DNA of 64,000 nt from Mobula hypostoma (taxonomy: Eukaryota), in the NCBI RefSeq assembly GCF_963921235.1, contig NC_086108.1, positions 82,896,001 through 82,960,000 of the forward strand. The letters run 5' to 3'. Position 1 is the first letter of the stretch; every line of letters begins with the position of its first letter. The translations under genes and the position numbers were made by a program. Below, piece by piece: positions 1 to 11,780 of this stretch. The notes below the pieces were generated by a model. The model worked only from the letters and a program-made list of their open reading frames with translations. It ran no database searches and had not been told where the DNA came from.

Positions 1-2273
1 CCTGATTCTGATAATAATGTTGATGTTGATAGTTTAATGTCCACTATTTAATTAATCATGTTTAGAATTGTTGGCAACTGATTCTATTAAGATTTGAAAG
101 TTTATTCATTGTAGTTAGCAGAAATGTTAATAAATGAATATAGGACAATATTGTTAAAATAAATCATAATATGAAAGATTCAAACTACTTATGTTGGTAC
201 AAGAGTTGAGATATTAATCTCCTGAAGGCACTTACTTTAAATTTATTACGTTTATAACTTAGAGCATCATTGATTACATGGCAGAGAGAAGAGAAATAGT
301 ACGAATAAGAGTTGAAAATTTTCAGAAGAGGTCTGTGCGAAAACTGGCTTTTCTAAAATAATATTTTGCTTTTAAAAACAACCAAATGCATTTACATAGC
401 ACCTTTAACATAGCAACATATTAAGATACTTTAGAGGAGCCTAATTATGCTCAAATTGATCGATTCAAGACAAAACATAGATAAATAGATAAGCAAATGC
501 TTGATCAAAGCACTACATTCTACATTTGCAAATTTTATGAATAAAGCCCATAAAAAAATTCTGGTCGAGGCAATGCTCTCTCAGACCCTCCAATTATGAC
601 GCAAAGATCCTTGCTTGCTCTTCCATCCTCAGGACCACCTAACTCTGCTCTCCACATACCATTATGCTGCATTGGCACATATTGGCTATTAAATTGAATA
701 GCTTTCTTTTTTTTTTGCAGCAGAACTCCCTCCAGTAAAATCCCAGCTATTTGAAGAGATATTCATATAACAAACACATTTTTATGAGCAAAGATCATAA
801 AAATGCTGGGAGGAGTTGCTTTTTAAGCAACAACCTCTCATTCATGAACACATATGTAAATGACCATGCTCAAACGTATGCTTACGCAAGCTAACATGCA
901 TACACGAATCTCCCCAGTAATGTAAAGTGCTATTGCTCTAGCCTTATGGCACTACCTCTTAGTAACACTGCAACATTATTATTTTCTCAACCATCATTAC
1001 TAGCGATTTCAGAAGGTGACTAACTCATTAACTTTTCACACTAACAGGCAGAGCAGAGGTTTTGCGGTTCCTGGTGATCTGAATGTTGCAGTTAAATATA
1101 CACTATGCAGATGCCTTCAATCCAGAATATCACGGTACAATGTACTTACCTTCATCCTACCTGATCAAAGACTTTTTTGGTTTTAAGTGAAATCACAGTG
1201 ACTAGGATTTGCATGCTACCCATGATTGATAAGTTGTCACAATCAACAGCTTTTCCTTAAAAATATGCCTTTGCTCTTTAAAATTTCAAGAAGGATTCAT
1301 TGGTAGTAACAAGATTTTGCAGAATATTACTTCTGTCTCTGAACTTACCCTAATGTTATTCTAGGATATGGCAAAAACCACACTGTTATCATCACTCTTA
1401 TTAGCTGCTATTTCCTTAGCCATCAAAAATTCTGTAAAATAGATTGGCTTCTTGAACACGCACTCAAGAGTTTCACATTAGTCATAAAACCAATATATAA
1501 GCCCTTGTTTTGTGATACACTGTGATATTGGAGTTGCATCATATATCAGCCGTAAAATTTGCTGCCAGATTCCATGTATCTAGAACTAGCTATTTAAACA
1601 ATGTCATGGAGATCTGGAAATTCAGTGGTCATAGTTGAATTTCCATTTCACTCTACCTTCAACTAAGCATCTACCCATCAAGACAACATTTCACACAAAC
1701 CTCTAATAATACTCTCTTGGTATTTTGCCCGTGGAAGCAGATGGTTAAAGAACCGGGATTTTTAAAATATATTTCCTGGAGTTTCTTTTTGCATTTTAAA
1801 GGAGGTTCTGAAGCATTTTGCTCTGTACATTTGCTGGTTTTTGCCATTGCAGTTTTCCACTTGTAAATTTATTTTCCTCTTCTGCTAAAACTTTGCTTAA
1901 TTATTCCTAGTTGCTATTGACTTTTATCCACTGCCTCAAGCAAACAAAGCAGTTAGTAGAAGAGAGAGTGGGCTGAGATCACAAGTTTACATTTCCTGAC
2001 CCGAGAAATAATGACAAGAGCTGACGTCTGCCACATTCATCCAATTTGAGATCAGAGAAAGTGGATTTGACTTGGGACCACAATTACGCACTTTGAGAAT
2101 ACAGGGGCTAATTATGACTTGGGTCCCCAAAAGACTTGAGTATAATCTTTTAACATTGGCCACATTGCCCAGTCTGGTGAACACCTGAGGCACACCTGAC
2201 GCGGCAGGTAGAGAGTGACTCTTTCTGTGATTCTTCCTTTGAAGTCATCGGCAAGTGTTCCCATCAGGCACAT

Positions 2274-2287
2274 CTAGACACGTTCAC
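2274..2287 (-). CDS. Candidate last exon coding part of an unidentified host gene (phase 1: (G)ERV*), followed by a repeat-poor AT-rich putative 3'UTR toward position 1
   Basis: Minus-strand acceptor TTTTTACGTAG|GTGAACGTGTCTAG; positions 1-2300 are nearly repeat-free; minus-strand AATAAA motifs occur (e.g. near 100). The pyrimidine tract is weak. Confidence 0.25.
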
Positions 2288-2584
2288 CTACGTAAAAATT
2301 CATTGCAGATTTTCATTTCCTTTCCTATACAAATATTTGCCTCCAGATAAATGTGTTGACTTTTACTCAATATTCTAGCTGAATCATGCCATGGGCCTAT
2401 TCGGCAATAACTAGAGCAGCTTCAAACTCAATCATTGTTTCAAGGGAGGGACAAAGCTTCTGGTTGGTCCAAGAATGATGTACATAAAAATGGAAACCAA
2501 GACAAGGTCTTCTTTAGTCAAGTATTGATTGCTGCCAGCTTTACAGTCAGGACCTGGTACAGCAATCCCCATGGCATAACCCAC

Positions 2585-2860
2585 AAAGCAGTTCTTTTGA
2601 CCATAAGGATTAGGGGCCAAATTAGGCTATTTGGCCTATCAAGTCTACCCCACCATTCAATCATGGCCGATTTATTTCCCTCTCAGTTCCATTCTCCTGT
2701 CTTCTCCCTGTAACCTTTGATGCCCTGACTAATCAAGAACCCATCCACTCCCACTTTAAATATATCCAAAGCTGTCTGTGGCAATAAATTCCACAGATTC
2801 ACCACTCTTTGGCTGAAAAAATTCTACCTCATCTCTACTCTGAAGAGGCGTCCTTCTATA
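2585..2860 (-). mobile_element. CR1 LINE 3' end fragment
   Basis: Reverse complement of the CR1 ORF2 C-terminus/3'UTR seen elsewhere in the window (TTAGGC..TTTGGCC..CCACCATTCAATCATGGC; AAATTCCACAGATTCACCACTCT). Confidence 0.75.
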
Positions 2861-4039
2861 TCATTTACAAGGTGGTTGAAAGTGAAGCCTAATGAGGATT
2901 GGCACGTACTCTTGTAAACCTGGAGAGAGGCAACAGGCAGAATCACCCCTTCACAGCATTTAAATTAGGGCATTATTGCAAAGGGAAGCTCAACCAACAC
3001 TTCAACTGCATGTTACGTTGGTACTGGAATGTGTGGCGACACGTGTGGGCTGCCATCAGCGCATGCTTAGGTTTTGTTGGTTGTTAACACAAAATACGCA
3101 TTTCACTATGTTTTGATGTAAATGGGATAAATACATGAATCTGAATCAGAGTAGGATGATGATGGACAGTACAACTCTGCTGCCTTTTATTCTTCATCTC
3201 ACTTTGAGCAGCCTCCGCCAGCACGCGCACTATCTTTTCATTAAGAAACCCATGTGCGCACAGGGAGAACTGACAGCACTGGAGTTCAGGATCGAGCCTG
3301 GGCTACTCGAGCTGACAGGCAGCAACACTGTCTGTTCGTCAACCGGATAAAATATATTGTGGAGGAGAGTGGGAGGGAAGAGGGTGAAATTTGCCCGAGT
3401 CCATACATTGAAATCTGAGCAAGCATAGATCTTTTATCAGTCATTTAACTACCTAGGCAAATAAAAAACATGAGGTGATCACTTTGTCTTCTATGTTAAC
3501 AGTGCAAGTAAGCAATGTGACACTTTTCTGGATGCTTTATAATGTTGCTGCCCTTAGCAACCAAGGCAGGTAATTCTCAAAGCACCTGACTTAGGCAGCT
3601 GACAGAATGCCTATAAAACTGCCTGGCCATTTGAGAAGGCATCCGTTATTTATAGTAGACAAAGAGCATTTTTAGAAATGCTATATCTGAAATGTACAAC
3701 TGTTTAACCTCACTAGTAGCCGCTATTTAGCAGATTCCCAACAAATTGCGGTACACATAGAGAAACTTGCCCTCTGCGTTGTGTGCTGAATAAGTGGTGT
3801 AGTAATGTGGGTGTGCTGAGGTCTGTCTCTAAAATTCAGTTCAATCAAAAGCATGAGCACAATAGGTCACCTCCTGTGCTGTAACAGTTCAAGACATTTC
3901 AGAAGCAGTGTTCAATGCACGTACACGTATAGTCCAGGTAAGCACATGGCATGAACATTGGATATTCTATGTATGTCAGAAATATTTTCTACTGATAAAA
4001 AGCACACACCCTGTAAATAGTGCAGGCCAAGTAACCATA

Positions 4040-4247
4040 GTCCCGCTTGGTGGGTGGGGGTGGGGGGGGGGCGCAATAATATCAGCGCCGGACTTAGGAG
4101 TGAAGGTTCCCGAGTTCGATTCCAAGTCAGGTTGAGCGTCGAGCTAGCAGCTCGGCCTTATAAAACCAAGAATAGCTTGCTATGGAAACACCGTCATGAT
4201 GGTGTCCCGATAACTCCACTGCCGAGTTAAGGGCTATTCTTTTTCTT
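4040..4247 (+). mobile_element. tRNA-derived SINE with TSD
   Basis: B-box GTTCGATTCC; TTC-rich tail; 12-bp target-site duplication CAAGTAACCATA at 4028-4039 and 4248-4259; related copy at 8046-8268. Confidence 0.8.
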
Positions 4248-5027
4248 CAAGTAACCATAAGCCATACAGCATATGTAAACAACTTCAGACAAATATTTGC
4301 AGTGTGTCATATTTGTAATCAGCATCAAAAACATTTGCAGTGTGTCATATTAACTACAGAAAAGCCCAAAACAAACAAATGACTGCCGACGCTGGAACTG
4401 TGAAACTGCAGAAACTGAAAAACACTATCACACTGCATGATAGTAGTTACATGTTTAATCACTTCCAATTTCTCTCAGCACTCTACATCTCTGAGTGTAA
4501 GAAAAAAATTAAATCATGAATGTAGCAGGCTGAGCAACAATCATTTTTTAAATTCATGGGAACATTAATATCTATTTAGAAGTCTATCTCATCCTTGTAT
4601 TAAATGTTACTTTGTATTACTTTAATTACTACTAAATTTCTCACTGAAGGTTTCACACAAATGCACAATTCCATTGATCTATAATTTTTGGCAACCTTGA
4701 TTTTTATCTAAAATTTTTGACAAGGTGTCTACGTGATTTAATGTTTAGTTGAAGCAGGAATTATGTTAGAAAATATTGAGATTTGCTTTTAAGGCAAGCA
4801 ATGCAGTACTCTTCATGCATGCTGTATAATATCATTGCCCAAAGAAACCAAAGCATTTCTTCCTCCTGAGAGACTCCCAGGAGACTTCATCCAGGATAGA
4901 AGTAGAGGCCATCCACCACCTAGTGGTGAAATATGTGTCCAATAAATGCTTGGGAGGCGTATGTCACCGTGCACATTTACCATATTGACCGCATGAAATG
5001 GCATTTGGGAAATATGATAAGCATAAC

Positions 5028-5072
5028 CTTAAAGAGTATCCGTCGGTATTCCGGTGTTGACCAGCTCTGTGA
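5028..5072 (-). CDS. Candidate 45-nt exon of an unidentified host gene (phase 1: (V)TELVNTGIPTDTL*; phase 0: SQSWSTPEYRRILFK)
   Basis: Acceptor CTTTTCAG|TCACAG and possible donor AAG|GTTATG in a unique, CpG-retaining island. Confidence 0.35.
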
Positions 5073-5229
5073 CTGAAAAGTATATATATATATTATAGAT
5101 ATTCAGCTGTTAACAAATGGTATTTACAATATGATGGCTGTTGATTTTACTTATTAATTTGCACATTATGGCCATCTACTCGTTAATGCATCTGAAGTGA
5201 GTAGGCACTGAAATTATAAAGGGTCTCGG

Positions 5230-6100
5230 TGAGAAGACCTGAGTAGAGATCTGGTCTTCTTAACTAATATACCTGGGATAAAGGGAATCCAAAAATGAAT
5301 GTTTCCTGGGATGGGGCAATGGTCATGGTGGGGGGGTTGTTGCTGGGGAAAATCATTTTATGCGGAGGGATTAAGCAGACCATGTCGAGTTAGGAGGAGG
5401 GGAATTATATTGTTGTAATATATAGAATTCTTACGAGGCTTGTCATTGTCAAGGCAATAATGATCTTTCACCCTGCGGGAAAAGTCTAGAACCTAGGATG
5501 ACAGACTCAAAATGAGGAGATGGCCATTCATGACTGAGGTGAGAAAAAATAATTCTTCACTAGAATTTCCATCCAAGATGGCTGTGGAGGCCAAATGATT
5601 GATTACATTCAGGGCGGAGACTGATAGTAATTTCTGGATATTAATGTAATTATCGGTGTGGGCACGTGGCCAAGTGGTTCAGGCATTGGACTAGCGATCT
5701 GAAGGTCGTCAGTTCGAGCCCTAGCCGAGAAAGCGTGTTGTGTCCTTGAGCAAGACACTTAATCACACAGTGCTCTGCAGTGACACTGGTGCCAAGCTGT
5801 ATGGGTTCTAATGCCCTTCCCTTGGACAACATCGGTGTCGTGGAGAGGGGAGATTTGCAGCATGGGCAACTGCCGCTCTTCCATACAACCTTGCCCAAGC
5901 CTGCGCCCTGGAGAGCGAAGACTTTCCAGGTGCAGATCCATGGTCTCGCAAGACTAACGGATGCCTCTATTTATTTATTTAATGTAATCAAGGGGTAAGT
6001 GGCTACTGGAGGAAAGGACACTGAGGTAAAATTTTCACTCTGACCTCACTGAAAGGCAGATTAGGAATCAGGGGCAAAGCCTCTTTTGCATTTCTTTATT
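5230..6100 (+). mobile_element. Old CR1 3' fragment interrupted by a SINE
   Basis: Decayed ORF2 C-terminus (SRT*DDRLKMRRWPFMTEVRK) and GGCTGTGGAGGCCAA motif. Confidence 0.6.
5651..5978 (+). mobile_element. tRNA-derived SINE (second family)
   Basis: A-box TGGCCAAGTGG, B-box GTTCGAGCCC, (TTTA)n tail, TSD TTAATGTAAT at 5641-5650 and 5979-5988. Confidence 0.85.
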
Positions 6101-6169
6101 TCTTATATTTTTAAGCATCAGAAACATTGGCACATTTCCTAGATTGAAAGACAGCATAAGACAACAGTA

Positions 6170-6790
6170 AACGAGACAGAAGCACAAGAGATTCTTCAGA
6201 TGCTGGAAGTCTTGAGTAACACACACACAAAATTCTGTAGGAACTCAATGAATCAGGCAGCATCTATGGAGGGGATTAAACAGTCAACATTTCAGGCTGA
6301 AACCCTTCATCTGGATTGGAAAGCGAGGGGGCAGAAGCCAGAACTGGAAGGTCAGGGGAGGGGAAGGAGTACAAGCTCATAGGTGATAGATCATGAATCC
6401 AGGTGACGGGGTGAGGCTGGGTGAGCACATGCTTGAGGAGGTGGAGAGCTACAAAGATTAAAGGAGTGGGGTGAGGATCCGTGAGTGTGAATCTTACTGA
6501 TCTCCCATTGAAGAGGCATTTTTAACTTCTTCAGGGTAGGACTAGCTCAAAGAGAATTTACAGTGGAGCAGCAAATCATGAACACAAGAAATACTGCAGG
6601 CACTGGCAATCTTGAGCAACATCCACAAAATGCTGGAGGAACTCAGAAAGTCAAGTAGCATCTATGGAGGGGAATAAACAGTCAAAGGTTGGGGCCGAGG
6701 CGCTTAATCGGGACCGGAAAGGAAGGGGGCTGAAGGCAGAATAAGCATGTGGGGAAGGGAAGAAATACAAGCTGGCGGGTGATAATCAGA
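6170..6790 (-). mobile_element. Two tandem Penelope-like element 3'-end fragments
   Basis: Recurring CAAAAT(G/T)CTG(G/T)AGGAACTCA...GCATCTATGGAGGGGA.TAAACAGTCAA motif at ~6220 and ~6625, with decayed hammerhead cores. Confidence 0.7.
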
Positions 6791-7784
6791 CAGTATTGAG
6801 AAGATTTGCATTTAAAATGAGAAACACGGCACTTGCCCTAGATGTTGTGTAACATCGCTACCCATAGTAACTGGAGCAGTTCTTCCTCCTGAGTGACTCT
6901 AAAGAAGTTTCGTGCAGGGAAAATGTAGAGTCTATCCATCCTCTAGTCGTGAAAAGTAAGGCAAGTCAGATGAATGTTTGGAAGACATATGTCACTCTCT
7001 TAAATGCTGAAAATGCTCAGCGTGTCAGGCAATATCTGTGAAACAAGAAGCAGAGTCAATATTCCAGGTCAGAGGCCTTCAATCAAATGTGGTACATGAG
7101 AAAACAAGTTAGATGTAAGTCACAGTGATGAAGGGGACAAAGGAATAAATAGAGCTGCTAGGGTGAGCTCGTGGTTGTAATGGGGGCAAGCCAACTGATA
7201 GGCTATTGAAGGTGAAAGGTTAGAGAAAGATCATAAATAAAAGGTACATAAAAGGCGTGAAATGACAGCAGTTACTAAGAGGAAACACAAATAAAAGAAT
7301 GTAAAAGCTGTGAAATACAGGGTTGTGTGAAATGTACATAAGACCATAAGACTTGTGAGCAGAATTAGGCCATCTGGCCCACTAAGCCTGCTCCACCATT
7401 CCATCATGGCTGATTCATTTACCTTTCAACCCCATTCATCTGCCTTCTCTCCATAAACTTTCACGCCCTGACTAATCAATGTCCCGTAGATCAAATGGTG
7501 CTAATGGAGAGAAAAAAAGTTCCTTAAGTTTTGGATAGAATATCTATAATAGAACCAGTTGATTCTGAAACAACCAGAGGAAGGGAGTTACTTGACTTCT
7601 TGTGCTAGGACTCAACTACACCTATCCCACAAATTCATTCCAAACTAGGATGGTCTGAGGAACTCAGCAGCTACTCTCCAACAACATACTCACTTGCCTG
7701 GTTTAATGTGTATTTCTTCTCCCTCAACACCAGTCACTTTCTCCAGGTCAGCTCTGCAGTCATAGGCTGAGGTTACACCTGTTT

Positions 7785-7925
7785 CCTTCAGTTAGTCCCG
7801 ACGAAGGGTCTCAGCCTGAAACGTCGACTGCACCTCTTCCTACAGATGCTGCTTGGCCTGCTGAGTTCACCAGCAACTTTGATGTATGTTGCTTGAATTT
7901 CCAGCATCTGCAGAATTCCTGTTGT
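7785..7925 (+). mobile_element. Minimal Penelope-end insertion (hammerhead motif plus 3' tail only)
   Basis: TSD TTACACCTGTTT at 7773-7784 and 7926-7937; nearly identical to the ends of 11053-11838. Confidence 0.8.
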
Positions 7926-8045
7926 TTACACCTGTTTTTGTTTGGAATGTTTGGGGAAATTCTTGCTTCAGTCATACTCAGAATTATTCCCTCAAATCCT
8001 TTTCTGGTACTTCAAGGACTTCGTGGTCTTCTTACTGTGCTGATA

Positions 8046-8268
8046 GAAGATGAAGAAGAAAGCCCTTAACTCTGAGTGGAGTCATTGGGACACCATCATG
8101 ACGGCATTTTTTTTTTAGCAGGCATTCTTATTTTTACGAGACCAAGTTGCTAGCTCGATGCTCAACCCAGCACGGATGGAAAGCGTGCAAGGGAGCTGGC
8201 TGGATTCGAACTCGGGAGCCTTCGCTCCGAAGTCCAGTGCTGATGCCACTACATCACCAGCAGGCCTG
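8046..8268 (-). mobile_element. tRNA-derived SINE (same family as 4040-4247) inside an old PLE fragment
   Basis: Minus-strand B-box GTTCGAATCC; TSD CTGTGCTGATA at 8035-8045 and 8269-8279. Confidence 0.8.
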
Positions 8269-9059
8269 CTGTGCTGATACAGAACTTGAAATTGTCAAGT
8301 TCAACCCTGCTCTCCTCCAAATGTGGTCCGTTTATGACTCTTTCCTTCTCTTTTAGCATCTCTCTATCTCCATCTCAGGATTAGCAACAGACATCCATTA
8401 CAAGCCTATGGACTCCCCCAAATATTGTGCATTTCCATTACCTCCTTTCCTGCTTTTCTCATTCCATTTTTTCAACTTCCTTCATCTCTGTCAAATCGAT
8501 TCTGATGTAACTTCCTACAAGGGCATTTCTAAGATTTGTTCCTTTGTTCTGAGGCTTCCCTTCTTGATCACATTTATTTCCCATAACTCTTCTCCCATTC
8601 GCCTTAATCTGGACAGATCATGGACAGAATTACCTCTGGTCCTTACTCTCACCTCACCAGCATGAGTAGAGTAAGTGTAGACTTCTCAGATAGATCACAC
8701 CATCAATGACATTCCACCGTCAAACGCCATGAAGTACAATAAGTACTTTTTTATTCTTCCTTTCAAAGTGGTTAGTGTTTTCCCATGTTATACCAACTTC
8801 TTCCCCGCTCAAGCTATCTTTATTTCATTGCAAAAAAAAACCCATTAGAGGAACTCAGTGTGTCAGGCAGCAGCTGTGGAGGGAATTGGACAGTCAATGG
8901 TTTGGGTTGATACCATTCCTGCATCTGCTGTCTCTGTTTATCCCTTTGTGGCTCTTGGCATTTTCTTCACAACTTATCAACTGATTTATCCTTGTAAAGT
9001 CAAAAAATTTAATTCAGTTCATATTACAGCATTATCCACAATTAAGCAGAAAGGTACTC

Positions 9060-9950
9060 ACAACAGATTCAATATTGATTAAAGAGATTTCCAGTACACA
9101 AGTGTAAAGGAGAACAAAATAATTGTTACCCTAGATCCAATGTAGCACAAAAAGAAACACAATAAGATCAAGAACACAGTAAATATAAATACATAAGATA
9201 TCTTATATTCATAGATTGATTGTATGTCCATAATTTGACACTAGGCACAGGAGTGTCCAGCAGGAAATGATAAAGTAGTGGTGGTGGGTTAGTGGGTGGC
9301 GGAGTAGATTCAGCCTTATTGCTTGGGGAAACGCCCTGTTTTTGAGTCTGGTGGTCCTGGTGTGGATGCTACATAGATCTCTTTGATTGGAATGGGACAA
9401 ACAGTCCACGAGCAGGGCAGGTGGGACCCTTCACAATGTTACTCGCCTTTAACCAGCACCTTTCTCTATATATGTCCTTGATGGTGGCTAGGATAGCGAC
9501 AGTGATGTGTTAGGCAGCTTTAGCTATCTCATTGTGGTGATGAGAGCCAGCACTGTTGTTTCATCAGTGAACTTGACAATGTGATTACTCCCATTGCTTA
9601 TCACCTACCCCGGGTGCCACTCCTTCCCTTCCTCCCATAGTCCACTCTCCTCTCCGATGCGTGAAGAATGTACAGCAAAAGGCTCAGCATGTAGCACAGG
9701 TGGATGAGGGGGACACCTGTGCTGAGGATAATGGGGAGGGTGGAGTGGTTATGCATCCTGACTATCTGAGGTCTCTTCGTTAGGACATCCAACACCCAGT
9801 TGCTCAGTGGTTGCATTTAGATCAAGAGTAGGAGTTTGTTCTCCAAAGTCTGTGGGAAATTAATGTTGATTGCCAAACTGAAATCCAGAAGCAGCATTCT
9901 GACATGTGTCCTTGATTTCTCAGTGTGTCCAGGCCAGGTGCATGCTATCT
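9060..9950 (-). mobile_element. Rex1/Babar-type LINE fragments
   Basis: Minus-strand peptides NWVLDVLTKRPQIVR...STGVP and TRTTRLKNRAFPQAIRL. Confidence 0.7.
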
Positions 9951-10474
9951 GTCAGATGGGAGGGAGATAGTAAAAGTTATGCAGTTAGGATCTTGAGAGT
10001 TTTATCTGCTAATCATGAAGTGACTCACAGTTGAGAAAGGAGGATGGAGCCTCAGAACCGGGGGATGCGCAAGGTCAGATTTTGTTTTAAATCTCTCCTA
10101 CGCCAAATGAGTAGGAATGTGAACGTAAAAAGGGTACACTTTAAAATGAGGTGTGTCCTTGCAGCTTAAAGGCAGGGAGTACTGTCACGGCTGCCCTGAG
10201 ATTTCCCAGATCAATCCATGTCATTGAAGTCCAATGGCTTTCCAGATCTTACCTGCCTTTAGTGTGAAGGGGCAACCAGTGACCATCCTATTGGGCCGGT
10301 GAGGCTAGGGCAGCATGTGGGAGCTGAACACTCAGCCAAATTTGCCTTCATTTTTGACAAGTATCCTGTTTGGTCTGGAGTGAAAGCTGGAAAGGAACAA
10401 CTGAGCTCATTTAATGTGCATTCCTTGTTTAAAATCCCACCTTCCATCAGATTACATAATGCTTTTCATGAGAA

Positions 10475-10790
10475 TTTCCCCAAGGAAAGGGAATCAACAA
10501 CTAGAGGGCATAGGTTTAAGATGAGAGGGGAAAGATTTAACAGGGATTTGTGAGGCAACTTCTTCACACAGGGTGGTGCAAATATGGAATAAGCTTTCAG
10601 AGAAAGTGATTGAGGAAGACACAATATCAATACTTAAGGTAATTAGACAGGTATATGGATAAGAACGGTTTAGCAGGATACAGACCAAACACGGGCAAAT
10701 AGTGATCATCTTTGTCGGTGAGGATGAGCAAGGCTGAAAGGCTTGTCTCCACACTGTGTTATTCTGACTCTACAAGTTCTGTGTTGTGCG
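10475..10790 (+). mobile_element. CR1 3' end
   Basis: FPKERESTTRGHRFKMRGERFNRDL motif followed by the CR1 3'UTR. Confidence 0.8.
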
Positions 10791-11157
10791 TTTATTATGG
10801 TAACTGGTCACATGGGTGGGGGTGTGGTAAAAGCGAAGGGTTTAGCTATGCATTCGTGGTTTGTTCTTGGCGGTTTAGATCTATGGACTGTTAGGTGTCA
10901 TATCTTTGGTTGACAGCTTAATTATCACAACTCCTTTTAATCAGAATCAGGTTTATTATCACCAGCATGTGTCGTGAAATTTGTTAATTTAGCAGTTCAA
11001 TCCAATACGTAATATAGAAGAAAAATAAATAAATGAATTACGGTATATGTATTTAAACGCAAACAACAGGAATTCTGCAGATGCTGGAAATTCAAGCAAC
11101 ACACATCAAAGTTGCTGGTGAACGCAGCAGGCCAGGCAGCATCTGTAGGAAGAGGTG

Positions 11158-11195
11158 CAGTCGACGTTTCAGGCCGAGACCCTTCGTCAGGACTA
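11158..11195 (-). ncRNA. Minimal type I hammerhead ribozyme motif
   Basis: TAGTC-CTGACGA-AGGGTCTCGGCCT-GAAAC-GTC-GACTG: CUGANGA and GAAA core, GUC cleavage triplet, stem I AGTC/GACT, palindromic ACGT stem III typical of PLE-associated minimal hammerheads. Confidence 0.75.
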
Positions 11196-11742
11196 ACTGA
11201 AGGAAGAGTGAGTAAGGGATTTGAAAGTACGAGGGGGAGTGGGAGATCCAAAATGATAGGAGAAGACAGGAGGGGGAGGGATAGAGCCGAGAGCTGGACA
11301 GGTGATAGGCAAAAGGGGATACGAGAGGATCATGGGACAGGAGGTCCGGGAAGAAAGACAAGGGGGCGGGGGGGACCCAGAGGATGGGCAAGAGGTATAT
11401 TCAGAGGGACAGAGGGAGAAAAAGGAGTGAGAGACTTCTCTAACTTCCACTAAGGCCCCACCTCCCCCTCGTACCCCATCTGTTACTTATTTTTATACAC
11501 ACATTCTTTCTCTCACTCTCATTTTTCTCCCTCTGTCCCTCTGAATATACCCCTTGCCCATCCTCTGGGTCCCCCCCCACCCTTGTCTTTCTTCCCAGAC
11601 CTCCTGTCCCATGATCCTCTCGTATCCCCTTTTGCCAATCACCTGTCCAGCTCTTGGCTCCATCCCTCCCCCTCCTGTCTTCTCCTATCATTTTGGATCT
11701 CTCCCTCCCCCTTTCAAATCCCTTACTCACTCTTCCTTCAGT

Positions 11743-11780
11743 TAGCCCTGACGAAGGGTCTCGGCCTGAAACGTCGACTG
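11743..11780 (+). ncRNA. Minimal hammerhead ribozyme motif (one stem I mismatch)
   Basis: TAGCC-CTGACGA-AGGGTCTCGGCCT-GAAAC-GTC-GACTG. Confidence 0.7.

Noticed and set aside
4295..4351. 18-bp direct repeat ATTTGCAGTGTGTCATAT
   Set aside because: Only two copies with no further structure; probably a local duplication.
5659..5735. tRNA gene
   Set aside because: The A/B boxes belong to a SINE head that has a body, tail and TSD; no convincing cloverleaf.
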